In this document: positions 8,259-18,962 of the stretch, piece after piece
How positions within the stretch are numbered: position 1 is the first letter of the stretch
Layout: every line of letters starts with the position of its first letter
Origin: Polyangiales bacterium
Lineage (GTDB): Bacteria; Myxococcota_A; Polyangia; Polyangiales; Houyiibacteriaceae
Direction: 5' to 3'
Assembly: GCA_045106895.1 (NCBI GenBank)
Contig: JBGCFM010000024.1
Coordinates: 1 to 64,000 of the forward strand
DNA: 64,000 bases
Made by a program: the position numbers and the translations under genes
The notes under the pieces: model-generated
Database searches by the model: none
Seen by the model: only the letters and a program-made list of their open reading frames with translations
What the model was told of the DNA's origin: nothing

Positions 8259-9170
8259 CTAGCCAAGCTCTGGAAGGTTCTCCCGAACGTCAGTGTCGAA
8301 GCTCTCCTCAAGCTTCTTGAGCAAGGCTTCGATTTCCTCGGAGCGTTCCTTGGGAAGCCGAACCTCCAAGTGCGCGATGAGGTCGCCCCCTCTCTTTCCT
8401 TTGACGCCCTTCCCCCGTAGCCGAAGCTTGGCGCCGGACTGGGCGCCCGCGGGTACCGACATCTGGACAGGACCTTGGGGTGTCGTCACTTCAATCTTCG
8501 CGCCGCCATACGCCTCGACGGGTGTAATCGGGACGCGCAGATGCAGGTCGTTGCCATCGAACCAAACCTTCGAATGCGCGCTCACGTTGACCTTCAGAAT
8601 CAGGTCCCCAGGCTGACCACCGCGTGGCGCGCGTGAGCCCTGGCCCTTTAGCCGAATCTTGTCTCCGTTTCGCGTTCCGGGCCGTATCGTCACCTTCAGG
8701 CGCTTCTCATCACGACCCATTCGAAAAGCGACATCTGTCTTGGTTCCCCGAAGTGCATCCAGGAATCCAAGCCGGACTTCCGCCTCGACGTCGCGCCCTT
8801 TTCGGGGCGCCTGTCGCTGCCGGCCACCGAAGAGATCTTCGAAGTTGAACCCGCCGCCACCACCACCGCGCGCGGCATTAAAGAAGTCGCTGAAGTCGCC
8901 TCCCATTCCCGCGGCGGCGCCATGCACATTCGGATCGAAGTTCTCGTGGAGCCCCATTTCCCCAAAGCGGTCATACAGATCTCGCTTCTTCGGGTCCGAC
9001 AGAACGTCGTACGCTACGGTCACCTTCTTGAATCGAGACTCCGCACTCGCATCGCCCGGGTTTCGGTCCGGATGCAGCTTCTTCGCCAGATCGCGGTAAG
9101 CCTTCTTAACCTCAGCCGGCGTCGCGCCTCGCGCGACTCCAAGAGTCTTGTAGTAGTCCTGTTCCGCCAT
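8259..9170 (-). CDS. class B J-domain protein (CbpA/DnaJ-like, no zinc finger)
   Basis: J domain with HPD, G/F-rich linker, DnaJ C-terminal domain, no CxxCxGxG repeats. Confidence 0.9.
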   Translation of the reverse strand: MAEQDYYKTLGVARGATPAEVKKAYRDLAKKLHPDRNPGDASAESRFKKVTVAYDVLSDPKKRDLYDRFGEMGLHENFDPNVHGAAAGMGGDFSDFFNAARGGGGGGFNFEDLFGGRQRQAPRKGRDVEAEVRLGFLDALRGTKTDVAFRMGRDEKRLKVTIRPGTRNGDKIRLKGQGSRAPRGGQPGDLILKVNVSAHSKVWFDGNDLHLRVPITPVEAYGGAKIEVTTPQGPVQMSVPAGAQSGAKLRLRGKGVKGKRGGDLIAHLEVRLPKERSEEIEALLKKLEESFDTDVRENLPELG

Positions 9171-9359
9171 ACTTTCGCCATCTTAAGACGCTTGAGCGCC
9201 TTATCAACGGCATCGATCTTTCTCGACGGCCCACCGCTTCGCGCCAAGTGTCAATCGAGGCCTATTTGTTCCCCGTAAAAGCCAACAATGGCCGATGAGC
9301 GCCGAGGATGCAACATAAACGCGCTTGCTGGCCTCTATCCCTCATGGTACCGACTTGAT

Positions 9360-10106
9360 GTGTCACTAATCGATGTCCAGCGGCTACCAAAGCATGTCGC
9401 CATCATCATGGATGGTAACGGTCGTTGGGCGAACGCTCAGGGGACCGCGAGAACAATTGGCCACCGTGAAGGTTCTCAGGCTGTCCGCCGCATTGTGCGC
9501 AGCGCACGACGGGTTGGCATCGATGCTCTAACGCTCTACGCGTTCAGTGAACAGAACTGGGACCGCCCTCCCGCCGAAGTCATCGCGTTGATGGAGCTGC
9601 TTCGAGATTTCCTTCTCTCCGAGCGCGACGAAATCGTGGAGAACCAGATTCGACTGCGCGCTGTGGGGCGCATCGACAAGCTTCCCGCCCGCGTCCGTGA
9701 AGTCCTCGACCCTCTTATCGAAGAGACCGCCGACCTCAAAGGAATGACGCTCACGCTGGCCCTTTCTTATGGCGGCCGAGAAGAAATCGTTGACGCGATG
9801 CAGCGAATCGCCACGCGTGTTCGTGACAACGGTCTCAACGTCGAGTCCATCGACGAAGCGATGTTTGACCGCGAACTTCCTTCCGCGTCCGTTGGGTGTG
9901 TCGACCTTCTGATTCGCACGGGTGGCGAACAACGAATCAGCAACTTCTTGTTGTGGGGCGCCGCGTATGCGGAACTCTATTTCACCGACGAGCTCTGGCC
10001 CGACTTCGACGAAGAGCATCTCTATGAGGCCATCGCGGCTTATCAAGGCCGCGACCGTCGTTTTGGAAAGTTGCCAACGATGGTGAATGACCGAGCTGGC
10101 GAATGA
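9360..10106 (+). CDS. uppS: undecaprenyl diphosphate synthase (cis-prenyltransferase)
   Basis: HVAIIMDGNGRWA, YAFSEQNWDRP, RTGGEQRISNFLLW. Start uncertain (GTG 9360 or ATG 9288). Confidence 0.95.
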   Translation: MSLIDVQRLPKHVAIIMDGNGRWANAQGTARTIGHREGSQAVRRIVRSARRVGIDALTLYAFSEQNWDRPPAEVIALMELLRDFLLSERDEIVENQIRLRAVGRIDKLPARVREVLDPLIEETADLKGMTLTLALSYGGREEIVDAMQRIATRVRDNGLNVESIDEAMFDRELPSASVGCVDLLIRTGGEQRISNFLLWGAAYAELYFTDELWPDFDEEHLYEAIAAYQGRDRRFGKLPTMVNDRAGE

Positions 10107-10954
10107 GCGAAGCTGAACCTCAGCCGGAAAAGAAAAAGCTCTCCGGAACCGCCCTTCGTTTCGCGTCTGCGCTCCCCCTCGTCGGCATCGCCCTCGCGCT
10201 CATGTTTGTAGCGCCGCTGTGGCTCTTTCATCTCTTCGGTTTGCTCTGGATCGGCATCGTCGCCAGCGAGCTGATGGCGATGACCTTGCCGGGCCCTGCG
10301 CTCCCTCGTTACTACGGCGTCGCTGCCACCGTTGGCCTCGCCCTTGTCGTCTTCCGTGCGTCTCATATCCCCGGCGCCGTCTTGGCGTCGGTCTTTGGCA
10401 TCGTTGTCGGCGCCCTCATCATGGCGCTCGTTTCGCCCAAACCCATCGAGGACGCAGGGCGGCGCGTCGCTTGGATGATCGGCGGGCCCGTCTACGTCGG
10501 AGCGACCCTCGGAACGCTGGGCGTTCTTCAAGCGCAGCCCCATGGTGGCGCTTGGGTTCTCCTCGTGACCTTCTGCGCGTTCCTTAGTGACACGGGCGCA
10601 TACTTCGCCGGGCGGTTCTTTGGAAAGACCAAGCTCTATCCGATCATCTCCCCGAAGAAGACCGTCGAGGGCGCCATCGGCGGACTCATCGTGGCAGCTC
10701 TCGGAGCTCTCGCGGTTCAGCAGACTCTGCTCACCTTTATGCCTCCCTGGCATGCCGCCCTCCTCGGGGTCGTGGCGGCGGCGCTTGGACAGAGCGGCGA
10801 CCTGCTTGAGTCCCTCATCAAGCGCAGCTCCGGCGTCAAAGACAGCGGCACGATCATGCCGGGTCACGGCGGTCTCCTCGACCGCAGCGATGCTCTGATG
10901 TTCACCTCTGCGACCATCTGGGCCTACGTGACTTTCGTCCTGCCTCCGCACTAA
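10103..10954 (+). CDS. cdsA: phosphatidate cytidylyltransferase
   Basis: SDTGAYFAG, ISPKKTVEG, GDLLESLIKR...KDSG...PGHGGLLDRSD; follows uppS. Confidence 0.95.
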   Translation: MSEAEPQPEKKKLSGTALRFASALPLVGIALALMFVAPLWLFHLFGLLWIGIVASELMAMTLPGPALPRYYGVAATVGLALVVFRASHIPGAVLASVFGIVVGALIMALVSPKPIEDAGRRVAWMIGGPVYVGATLGTLGVLQAQPHGGAWVLLVTFCAFLSDTGAYFAGRFFGKTKLYPIISPKKTVEGAIGGLIVAALGALAVQQTLLTFMPPWHAALLGVVAAALGQSGDLLESLIKRSSGVKDSGTIMPGHGGLLDRSDALMFTSATIWAYVTFVLPPH

Positions 10955-11120
10955 TCCCTTCGCCGATTTATTGCGCTCCTTAAGAGAAGGTGGGCACCGT
11001 CTCGCCATGTTGGATTTGGTTTCAAGTCGGGCCGGACATAGCCGGCTCCGCTGGGCAGCCCAAAGCTTGACGCGTCGCGTCGTTGACGTGCTCAGTCACA
11101 AATGGCACACGGGCGAGGCG

Positions 11121-12482
11121 ATGAGCACACCCCAAGAAGATCTGTCGGCCGAGGTCGCAGAGATGAGTACTCCCCCCGAAGCTCTGCCGCCGGTAGAGAA
11201 GGATGATGAGCCTGTGTCAGAAGCAGAAGAGAAATACGAGTTCTTCAAGGTTGTTCAGGACTACCTGAAACAGGCTTCGGAAGTCGCCGCCGTTCCCGAC
11301 CATGTCCGCCGGATGCTTCGGCAGCCCAAGAACGAGATCATCGTCAACTTCCCCGTCGCGATGGACGACGGAACGATGCGCATGTTCAAGGGCTACCGCA
11401 TCCAGCACAACAACTTGCTTGGACCCTACAAGGGTGGCCTTCGTTTCCACGAGAGCGTTTCCCTCGACGACCTCAAGGCGCTCTCCGCGATGATGACGTG
11501 GAAGTGTGCGCTGATGAACATTCCTTTCGGTGGTGGTAAGGGCGGCGTCAAGTTCGACCCGCGCAGCTGCAGCCAGACGGAGATCATGCGCATCACGCGT
11601 CGCTTCACGCACGCCCTCGGAAACAACATCGGTCCGAACTACGACATCCCTGCGCCGGACGTGGGCACGAACGCGCAGATCATGGTCTGGCTCATGGACA
11701 CGTACATGAACCAGGTCGACCACTCGCAGAAGAACGCGCAGCGCGCCGTCGTTACGGGCAAGACCGTGACCTGTGGCGGCAGCCTCGGACGCAATAAGGC
11801 GACCTCGCAGGGCGTCATCCACTGCCTCACCGAGTGGGCGAAGGACAACCGCTTCGACCTCGAAGGCAAGACCGCCATCATTCAGGGCTACGGAAACGTC
11901 GGTTCCCACGCGGCGCTTCTCCTTTCGAAGCTCGGTGTCTCCACCATCGCCACGGGCGACCACACGGGCTACCTCCGAAACGCCGAAGGCTTCAACGCGC
12001 ATAAGCTCAGCGAGCACTGCCGCGCCAACGGGTCCATCGAAGGTTACGGCGGCGAGAAGATCACGCGCGACGAGTTCTTCGCGACGAAGGCCGACATCTT
12101 CATCCCGGCCGCCCTTGAGAACCAGATCGGTGCAGCCGAAGCGAACGCACTCGACGTGAGCGTCGTTCTCGAAGGCGCCAACGGGCCTTGTCATCCAGCG
12201 GGCGAGCGCATCCTTGAGCAGCGCAACATTCCGATCATTCCAGACATCCTCGCTAACTCCGGCGGTGTCACGGTCTCCTACTACGAGTGGGTTCAGAACT
12301 TGAACAGCCAGACCTGGGAGCTCGAGAAGGTCGATGGTCTTCTCGAGAAGGCGATGAAGAAGGCGTACCAGCGTGTGTCCTTCTACTCCAAGGAGAACGG
12401 CATCAGCCTTCGAATCGCGGCCTACGCGGTGGCCCTTGAGAACATCAAGCAGGCCTACCACGAGCGAGGAATCTTCCCCTGA
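11121..12482 (+). CDS. gdhA: Glu/Leu/Phe/Val dehydrogenase (glutamate dehydrogenase)
   Basis: GPYKGGLRF, PFGGGKGG, DIPAPDVGT, QGYGNVG, EGANGP, GGVTVSYYEW. Confidence 0.92.
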   Translation: MSTPQEDLSAEVAEMSTPPEALPPVEKDDEPVSEAEEKYEFFKVVQDYLKQASEVAAVPDHVRRMLRQPKNEIIVNFPVAMDDGTMRMFKGYRIQHNNLLGPYKGGLRFHESVSLDDLKALSAMMTWKCALMNIPFGGGKGGVKFDPRSCSQTEIMRITRRFTHALGNNIGPNYDIPAPDVGTNAQIMVWLMDTYMNQVDHSQKNAQRAVVTGKTVTCGGSLGRNKATSQGVIHCLTEWAKDNRFDLEGKTAIIQGYGNVGSHAALLLSKLGVSTIATGDHTGYLRNAEGFNAHKLSEHCRANGSIEGYGGEKITRDEFFATKADIFIPAALENQIGAAEANALDVSVVLEGANGPCHPAGERILEQRNIPIIPDILANSGGVTVSYYEWVQNLNSQTWELEKVDGLLEKAMKKAYQRVSFYSKENGISLRIAAYAVALENIKQAYHERGIFP

Positions 12483-12523
12483 CTCAGGGGTCTTCTCTGT
12501 CCGATTCTCGAACCCTTGCGGAC

Positions 12524-13261
12524 ATGCTCCGCGAGGGTTCGTTTACGTTGGCGATGTCCAGCGGCTTCTTCTCGTTCTTTGCGCACGCGGGCATGGCATC
12601 GGCGCTCTTTGAAACGGGTATTCGGCCCGCGGCCTATGCCGGTTCAAGCGCCGGCGCGCTCGTGGGTGCGTGCCTCGCCTCCGGCATCTCGCCGAGCGAG
12701 ATTCGCGACGAGTTCTTTCAGCTCAAGCGCGAAGACTTTTGGGACCCGGCACGGCTGCCGGTCCGTGGCGGCCTGCTCCGCGGGCGTCTTTTTCGGGAGC
12801 GGCTCCAGCGGCTTCTGCCGGCGACGTTTGCGGATGTCGAACCGCTCACCATCAGCGTCTACGACGTGCTCTCGCGCTCGACGAAAACGCGCCGCGAAGG
12901 CGACCTACCTTTGGCGGTCCACGCGTCCTGCTGTGTGCCTCTGATGTTCGAGCCTGTTTGGGCTTCGCGTCGTCCGCTTCTGGATGGCGGTATCGCCGAC
13001 CGACCTGGACTTCATGGAGTCGCCGAGGGCGCGCCGGTTTTCTATCATCACATCGTGAGTCGCTCGCCGTGGCGTCGAAAAGGCTCTCCGGCGCTCGAGG
13101 TGCCCAAACGCGAAGGGCTCTCCTCCCTCGCCATCGACGGACTCCCGCGCGTCGAACCCAAACAACTGGATCAAGGTCCCATCGCTTTCGATGCGGCTTA
13201 CCGCGCCACTCGGAGCGCACTGCATCAGCCCTACGCGCGTCATCATCGAGTCTCCACATGA
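12524..13261 (+). CDS. patatin-like phospholipase
   Basis: GSSAG nucleophile elbow, LLDGG motif, Gly-rich N-terminal loop. Confidence 0.85.
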   Translation: MLREGSFTLAMSSGFFSFFAHAGMASALFETGIRPAAYAGSSAGALVGACLASGISPSEIRDEFFQLKREDFWDPARLPVRGGLLRGRLFRERLQRLLPATFADVEPLTISVYDVLSRSTKTRREGDLPLAVHASCCVPLMFEPVWASRRPLLDGGIADRPGLHGVAEGAPVFYHHIVSRSPWRRKGSPALEVPKREGLSSLAIDGLPRVEPKQLDQGPIAFDAAYRATRSALHQPYARHHRVST

Positions 13262-14478
13262 GGCTCTTCGCGGCACTGACGCTGGCGCTCGCTGGGTGTG
13301 GCGGCACGACGCCTACGCCGGAGTACCCATCTCCTCCAAGCGAGGAGGCCCGTGCGCTTTGCGACCCCGGCGCGCCAGTGGCTCACACAACGCTGCGCCT
13401 CGAGCCGGCGCATCTCGTGGTTCAGCACGACACCTGTGCGGGAGTTGTTCGCGTTGAGCTTGCGTACGAAAGCGGGATCCACGTCGGAGACACCTGGCTC
13501 GTCCCGACGGATCGCATCGTCCAGGCTAGCCAACGAGAAACCGAGCGAGCGCTCCCTCTCGTCGCGGCGTGGGTCATGGAAGACTCGGACCTGGGCGCAC
13601 TTCGGCCGCTCACGGGCGGCTGGCTCTACAACCCGGGTGCTGCGGCCTCGCCCAACACATTCGTGGCGACGGATCTTAACGCCGCCCCAATCCTCGAACG
13701 CATCCAGGCCGTTTATGGCGAGCCGGCAAGACCTGTCTTTGTCGTGCCCGCGTGGGACGGGGAGCAAGGCGAGCGCCCGTGGATGATGGCGGCCTTCGAC
13801 GAAGACCCCAATGTCTTTGGACCCGCATTGCTGCGCGCGTATCTCGGCCCCGGCGACGCGTGGCTGGACGGTTTCGCGACGTTCCTCTGGCAGTACATCC
13901 AGATGCGTGAAGGCAGCCTGACCATGGACGAGTACCTTGAGTCTTGGCTGGCGGACTATCGACTGCACAGGCGGGTGGACGGTCTGCCCCATCGGCAGAG
14001 CGCCCTCGCCGCCCGGGTGAAGTCACTCTGCATGCTTCCTAGGCTTCGTGACGCGGCGACGAGGACGATTCAGCACCGCCTCCCGGAGCGAGAACCCCTT
14101 TGGCTCGACGAGCGCGGGGTGCTGGATGTCCGAGAGTGCCTCTCGGCGGTGGGCTTTCAGCTGGCTATGCTTCGCTACGAGGACGCCACGCCGGAGGCGC
14201 TCCTGCGGGTTCGTTCGGCGCCGGGAAACCCACCCGTGGTGGAGCGAGGCGGGTCTTTCTTCCAGAGCGGCGACGTCATCATCGAGGTCAATCGACGCCG
14301 CGTTCGCACGCGCCGTGATGTCGCTTGGGCGCTGCGTGATGTCGACACCGGCGAGCGCTTCGTTATCGTGGTTCAACGCGGCGAGCGGGAAGCTCGGACC
14401 TGGGCCAGGCGCCCACGGGTGCGCGACCGCGACGCCGCCGGATTTGCGTTGATCCCCATCGAAGTTGACGAGCCCTGA
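13258..14478 (+). CDS. lipoprotein with C-terminal PDZ-like domain
   Basis: Lipobox LAGC after ATG 13258 (ATGA overlap); FQSGDVIIEVN PDZ-like signature. Confidence 0.6.
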   Translation: MRLFAALTLALAGCGGTTPTPEYPSPPSEEARALCDPGAPVAHTTLRLEPAHLVVQHDTCAGVVRVELAYESGIHVGDTWLVPTDRIVQASQRETERALPLVAAWVMEDSDLGALRPLTGGWLYNPGAAASPNTFVATDLNAAPILERIQAVYGEPARPVFVVPAWDGEQGERPWMMAAFDEDPNVFGPALLRAYLGPGDAWLDGFATFLWQYIQMREGSLTMDEYLESWLADYRLHRRVDGLPHRQSALAARVKSLCMLPRLRDAATRTIQHRLPEREPLWLDERGVLDVRECLSAVGFQLAMLRYEDATPEALLRVRSAPGNPPVVERGGSFFQSGDVIIEVNRRRVRTRRDVAWALRDVDTGERFVIVVQRGEREARTWARRPRVRDRDAAGFALIPIEVDEP

Positions 14479-15478
14479 GCGAATACGGATCATGCGCCCG
14501 GTGACTGTCCCCTTCCTCAGCGGCGAAATTCCCCAGGACGGGGTCATCGCGATCCTGACGCAGCTGGAGGCGACGCGTGTGAGCGGTGTGCTCAAGTTCG
14601 AGAGCGACGCCAAAGGCGAGGTCCGCCTGGTCCAGGGGCAGCTCGCGGCCGACCAGGACAAGCGGGAGGATGCCAAGGACGTGGTGGACCTGCTCCTCGA
14701 AGCACGAAGCGGCAAGTACGAGGTCTTTCAGGAGCTCCCCTCGCTTCCCGTCAGCCGAGGCGATGAGGTCTTTCGGGAGGGTTCTCTCGAAGTCCACGTG
14801 CCTGCGGACTTGATGAACTATTGCGAGCGCGCGGGTCTCACGGGCGTGCTCAAGTTTGAGTCGGATGGGCGTAGCGCGGACGTGGCGTACGACGCTGGAG
14901 AGATGAGCGCGATCCGTCTCGATGGTGCCGAAGAGCTTCACCAAGTGTTCGGTTGGGAGGAAGGCTCGTTCCGTGTGGAGGCTCAGAGAGCCGCCCCGGA
15001 CCTTGACGAAGTCGCCGCCGCGGTGAGCGAAACCAAGGCCCCCTCCGCGCCGCCGAAGAACCCGGACACCACGGGTCAGCACTTCTTGAAGGTGATGGAG
15101 TTCACGCTCTCGGATATCATCCGTGAACGGGAAGAGCGTCGTCCAGCCACGCGCACAAGCCCTCCACTTCCGCCTCAACCCAAGACCAACGCCAACCCTT
15201 CGCTTCCTGCGCCGAAAAAGCGTAAAGAGCGCGAAGATCAAACGGTCAAAGTCTTCTTTCGAAACAAAGAAGCTCGGCCCCTTGCCCCGATTCCGGAGCC
15301 CTCCGTGTCCAAATCTTCAATCCCCGCTGAGAAGAACACTTCGCCCGCCGCCGAGGCCGCTGACGCAAAGGCGGACGCCGACGAGAAGTCCGGAGGGACG
15401 ATGATCTGGGTTCTCGTCCTTATCGCCGTCGTCTTCGGTACGCTGCTGATGCTCTCGGCGCTGCCCGCCCTCAGCTAG
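14465..15478 (+). CDS. DUF4388-like (PatA-N) tandem-domain protein with C-terminal TM helix
   Basis: Two repeats of ..GVLKFESD.. with WEEGSF motif, Pro-rich linker, terminal hydrophobic helix. Confidence 0.6.
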   Translation: MTSPERIRIMRPVTVPFLSGEIPQDGVIAILTQLEATRVSGVLKFESDAKGEVRLVQGQLAADQDKREDAKDVVDLLLEARSGKYEVFQELPSLPVSRGDEVFREGSLEVHVPADLMNYCERAGLTGVLKFESDGRSADVAYDAGEMSAIRLDGAEELHQVFGWEEGSFRVEAQRAAPDLDEVAAAVSETKAPSAPPKNPDTTGQHFLKVMEFTLSDIIREREERRPATRTSPPLPPQPKTNANPSLPAPKKRKEREDQTVKVFFRNKEARPLAPIPEPSVSKSSIPAEKNTSPAAEAADAKADADEKSGGTMIWVLVLIAVVFGTLLMLSALPALS

Positions 15479-15584
15479 CGCGCGATTCAGAAATGTCGAA
15501 GGGAACCTGACTTGCCCTCAGGCCGCAGTCCTGCGTCATCTTCCACATGTATGAATCACTGACTAGCGATTCCCCGAAGTCCGC

Positions 15585-16487
15585 TTAGAGCTCGAAGTCG
15601 GCGGGGAGCTCCGAACGAATCTCGAACTTCTCGCCGCCGTAGGTGAAAGCGAGCATCGACGCGTGAAGTAGGTGCCGTGGGCTGCCTTCGGGGCCGCCGT
15701 AGAGTTCGTCTCCGACGAGGGGGTGGCCGAAGGCTGCGAGGTGAACGCGCACCTGGTGACGCCGGGCGCTGGAGGCCAGAACCTCGACGAGGGAGTGCTC
15801 ACCACGTGATTCGCTGGAGAGGACCTCGGTCAAAGCTGGTCGTGCGCTGAGGCGCTCGACTTCGCGCTCGTCAAAGCACGCTTTGATCTTTCGTTTGTCT
15901 CCCGGTTCGTGCGCGAGGGGCGTGTCGATGGTCTTGGGCGCGACGACCTCGCCTGCGACGAGGGCCGTGTAGCGCTTGTCGATGCCGTTGCTCGTGAGCG
16001 TCTCGCGAAGTGCGGCGAAGGCTTCCGCGCTTCGAGCGGCGAGGACGAGGCCGGACGTCTCGTTGTCGAGCCGGTGGAGGATTCCGGGCTCGCGGGTGGC
16101 GTAGCCAACCTCGGCCATCTCCGGGTAGCGAGCTACGAGCGCGTTGCAAAGCGTGCCCGTCTCTTCGGGCCGCAGCGGATGCATGGCCATTCCCGCGGGC
16201 TTGTCGACGACGACCCAATCCGCGTGCTCCTGGACGACCTTCAGCGGAAGATCTGCGTTTGGCGCGGCCTTGAACTCCTTCGGAGGAGGCGCCGAATCGA
16301 GGGTTACGGTCTGCCCAACTTGCAGAAGCGTGCCTTTGCGGCTGCGCCGGCCATCGATGCGCACAGCTCCGTCTGCGGCGAGGGCTTTGGCCTTCGCGCG
16401 GCTCATGTCTGGTACGTGACGCCTCAGGAAGACGTCGACACGTTCACCAGCTTCTTCTCCACTCACCACAAACTCTTGCGTCGCCAT
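15585..16487 (-). CDS. RluA/RluD family pseudouridine synthase with S4 domain
   Basis: VVDKPAG, HRLDNETSGL catalytic Asp, RHQVRVHL...GHPLVGD.LYG. Confidence 0.93.
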   Translation of the reverse strand: MATQEFVVSGEEAGERVDVFLRRHVPDMSRAKAKALAADGAVRIDGRRSRKGTLLQVGQTVTLDSAPPPKEFKAAPNADLPLKVVQEHADWVVVDKPAGMAMHPLRPEETGTLCNALVARYPEMAEVGYATREPGILHRLDNETSGLVLAARSAEAFAALRETLTSNGIDKRYTALVAGEVVAPKTIDTPLAHEPGDKRKIKACFDEREVERLSARPALTEVLSSESRGEHSLVEVLASSARRHQVRVHLAAFGHPLVGDELYGGPEGSPRHLLHASMLAFTYGGEKFEIRSELPADFEL

Positions 16488-16575
16488 CCGCCGTCCATGC
16501 CACGCCTGGTCAGGCCAAGCCATCTCTTGGCCCGCAATACCTTGCGGAGAGAGCCCAGCGGCCTATTCTCTCGCG

Positions 16576-17664
16576 ATGAAGAGGGACTACTACGAAGTAC
16601 TTGGCGTGGACCGTGACGCCGATGAAAAGACCCTCAAGACCGCGTATCGGGCTTTGGCGCGCCAGCACCACCCCGACCGAAACCAGGGCGACCCAGCGGC
16701 GGAGGCTCGTTTCAAAGAGGCCTCCGAGGCCTATGGCGTGCTTTCGGATGCGGAAGCGCGGAAGCGTTACGACCGCATGGGACACGCTGGATTTGAGAGT
16801 CAGGGCCCTGGAGGCTTCGATCCCAATAACATGGGCTCGGCGAAGGAGATCTTCGAAGGGCTCTTCGGCGCCTTCACCGCGTCTCGCCGGAAAGCTCGCC
16901 AGATGGGGAAAGACCTCACCTACGAGCTCTTCATTTCTTTCGAGGAGGCGGCGCTGGGGACGGAGAAGACGATCCGTCTTCGAAAAAAGACGAGCTGCGA
17001 TGCTTGTCAGGGTCAGGGTGCGGAGCCGGGCACACAGGTCGACGAATGCCGGAACTGCAGCGGCAGCGGGGAGGTCCGCGCGCAGCGCTTCTTCTCGCAG
17101 CCGAAGACATGTCCGCACTGCGTGGGCCGTGGTGTGATCGTTCAGACGCCTTGCGCGCCCTGCGAGGGCAGCGGTCTTCGAACGAACCTGGTGGATGTGG
17201 ATGTAAAGCTCCCGGCGGGCGTCGAAGAAGGCGCCAAGCGCTCTTTGCGCGGCGGTGGTGAGACGGCGTCCGGCGGCACAGGTGATTTGCATCTGACGAT
17301 CCGTGTCGCGCCGCATCCGCTCTTCGAACGTGATGGCGCCGACGTGCTCTGCACCGTGCCCGTGACGTTCCCCGAGGCTTGCTTGGGGACGGACCTCGAG
17401 GTCCCGACGGTGAGCGGCAAGGTCACGATGAAGCTCCCTCCTGGGACCCAGAGCGGGAAGGTGCTTCGAATTCGTGGCAAGGGCATCACAGCCTACGGAG
17501 GCGTCGCCAAGGGCGACCAGCTCGTGAAAATCCTTGTCGAGGTGCCAGAGAAGGTCAGCGACAAGCAGCGCGAACTCATCGAAGCCCTCGCCGCCGAAAT
17601 GGGCGCTGACACGCTCCCGCAGCGACAGGGCTTCCTGAAGAACCTGCGTGAGCTCTTCGGGTGA
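16576..17664 (+). CDS. dnaJ: class A chaperone DnaJ
   Basis: J domain HPD; four CxxCxGxG repeats; C-terminal domain. Confidence 0.9.
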   Translation: MKRDYYEVLGVDRDADEKTLKTAYRALARQHHPDRNQGDPAAEARFKEASEAYGVLSDAEARKRYDRMGHAGFESQGPGGFDPNNMGSAKEIFEGLFGAFTASRRKARQMGKDLTYELFISFEEAALGTEKTIRLRKKTSCDACQGQGAEPGTQVDECRNCSGSGEVRAQRFFSQPKTCPHCVGRGVIVQTPCAPCEGSGLRTNLVDVDVKLPAGVEEGAKRSLRGGGETASGGTGDLHLTIRVAPHPLFERDGADVLCTVPVTFPEACLGTDLEVPTVSGKVTMKLPPGTQSGKVLRIRGKGITAYGGVAKGDQLVKILVEVPEKVSDKQRELIEALAAEMGADTLPQRQGFLKNLRELFG

Positions 17665-18962
17665 AAGACCTCCGGGAGCTTCTTGGCCGCTTGGATGACG
17701 CGGAGCTCGCGTCTGCCCAGGGAAGCGTTCGCTCCGTGGTTGGTTTGGGCGTTCGTGCAGCGATTCCGGGGGTCCGGGTCGGAGACATGGTGGAGATCGA
17801 GCGGCGAGGCAGTCCGCCGTTGGCCGCAGAGGTGGTGGGCTTTCAGGACAGTGACGCGATGCTCATGCCCCTGGGCTCTACCGTCGGCGTGGGTCCGGAC
17901 GATCCTGTACGTTCCACCGGCGAAAGCCTGAGCATTCGCTGTTCCGAGGCCTTGCTTGGACGTGTGCTCGATGGATTGGGTCAGCCCATCGACGATGGTC
18001 CAGCCATTGAGGGCGAGCTCTGGCCCGTGAGCCGCCAGCCGCCAGGGCCTCTTGAGCGACCCCGAATCGACGCGCCGCTCAACCTCGGCGTCCGTGCTCT
18101 GGACGGGCTCTGTACCGTTGGCGAAGGTCAGCGAGTTGGGCTCTTCGCCGGTAGCGGCGTCGGAAAGAGCACTCTGATGGGGCAGATCGCCCGCCAGGCT
18201 GACGCGGATGTCTTCGTCATCTGCCTCGTCGGTGAGCGAGGGCGCGAGGTCGTAGAGTTCCTGGAAGACGCGCTGGGCGAAGAGGGCCGAAAACGAGGCG
18301 TGGTGGTCTGCGCGACGAGCGATGCCCCGGCTTTGGTCCGACTTAAGAGCGCTCATGTGGCGACGAGCATCGCGGAGTGGTTCCGCGACCAAGGCAAACG
18401 CGTTCTCCTCATGATGGACTCGGTGACTCGCTTTGCTCGCGCGGGCCGTGAAGTTGGCCTCGCCGCTGGGGAGCCTCCAGCGAGACGTGGCTATCCACCG
18501 AGCGTTTTTGCGGCGTTGCCACGTCTGCTGGAGCGGAGCGGAACCTCTTCCCGGGGCTCCATCACAGCGTTCTATACGGTCCTCGTCGAAGGGGGTGACA
18601 TGGAAGAGCCCATCGCCGACGAGGTGCGAGGTATCTTGGATGGTCACATTATCCTCGACCGCCGCCTCGGCGAACGAGGTCGCTGGCCCGCCATTGATGT
18701 CCTGGCCTCGCTCTCGCGAGTGATGGACCACGTGGTCGACGAGGAACACATTAAAGCATCACGGATGATGCGACAGCACCTCGCCGTTTACGAAGCGAAA
18801 CGTGACCTGGTCTCACTTGGCGCATACAAAAAGGGCAGCGATGTGAAGCTTGATGCGGCACTTCGTATCATCGAGCGAATCGAGGCGTTTCTTCGCCAAG
18901 GCCGCACGGAGTCCTCCTCGCCCGAAGAGACTCGCTCGATGCTCCTCGAGCTGGCGCGCTGA
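17661..18962 (+). CDS. FliI/YscN (SctN) family type III secretion ATPase
   Basis: GQRVGLFAGSGVGKST, LVGERGREV, MMDSVTRFARAGREVGL, GYPPSVF, RGILDGHI, PAIDVLASLSR. Confidence 0.92.
   Translation: MKDLRELLGRLDDAELASAQGSVRSVVGLGVRAAIPGVRVGDMVEIERRGSPPLAAEVVGFQDSDAMLMPLGSTVGVGPDDPVRSTGESLSIRCSEALLGRVLDGLGQPIDDGPAIEGELWPVSRQPPGPLERPRIDAPLNLGVRALDGLCTVGEGQRVGLFAGSGVGKSTLMGQIARQADADVFVICLVGERGREVVEFLEDALGEEGRKRGVVVCATSDAPALVRLKSAHVATSIAEWFRDQGKRVLLMMDSVTRFARAGREVGLAAGEPPARRGYPPSVFAALPRLLERSGTSSRGSITAFYTVLVEGGDMEEPIADEVRGILDGHIILDRRLGERGRWPAIDVLASLSRVMDHVVDEEHIKASRMMRQHLAVYEAKRDLVSLGAYKKGSDVKLDAALRIIERIEAFLRQGRTESSSPEETRSMLLELAR

Noticed and set aside
17661..18962. F1-ATPase beta subunit or a flagellar locus
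   Set aside because: Motifs fit FliI/SctN, and no atp or flagellar genes are in the window
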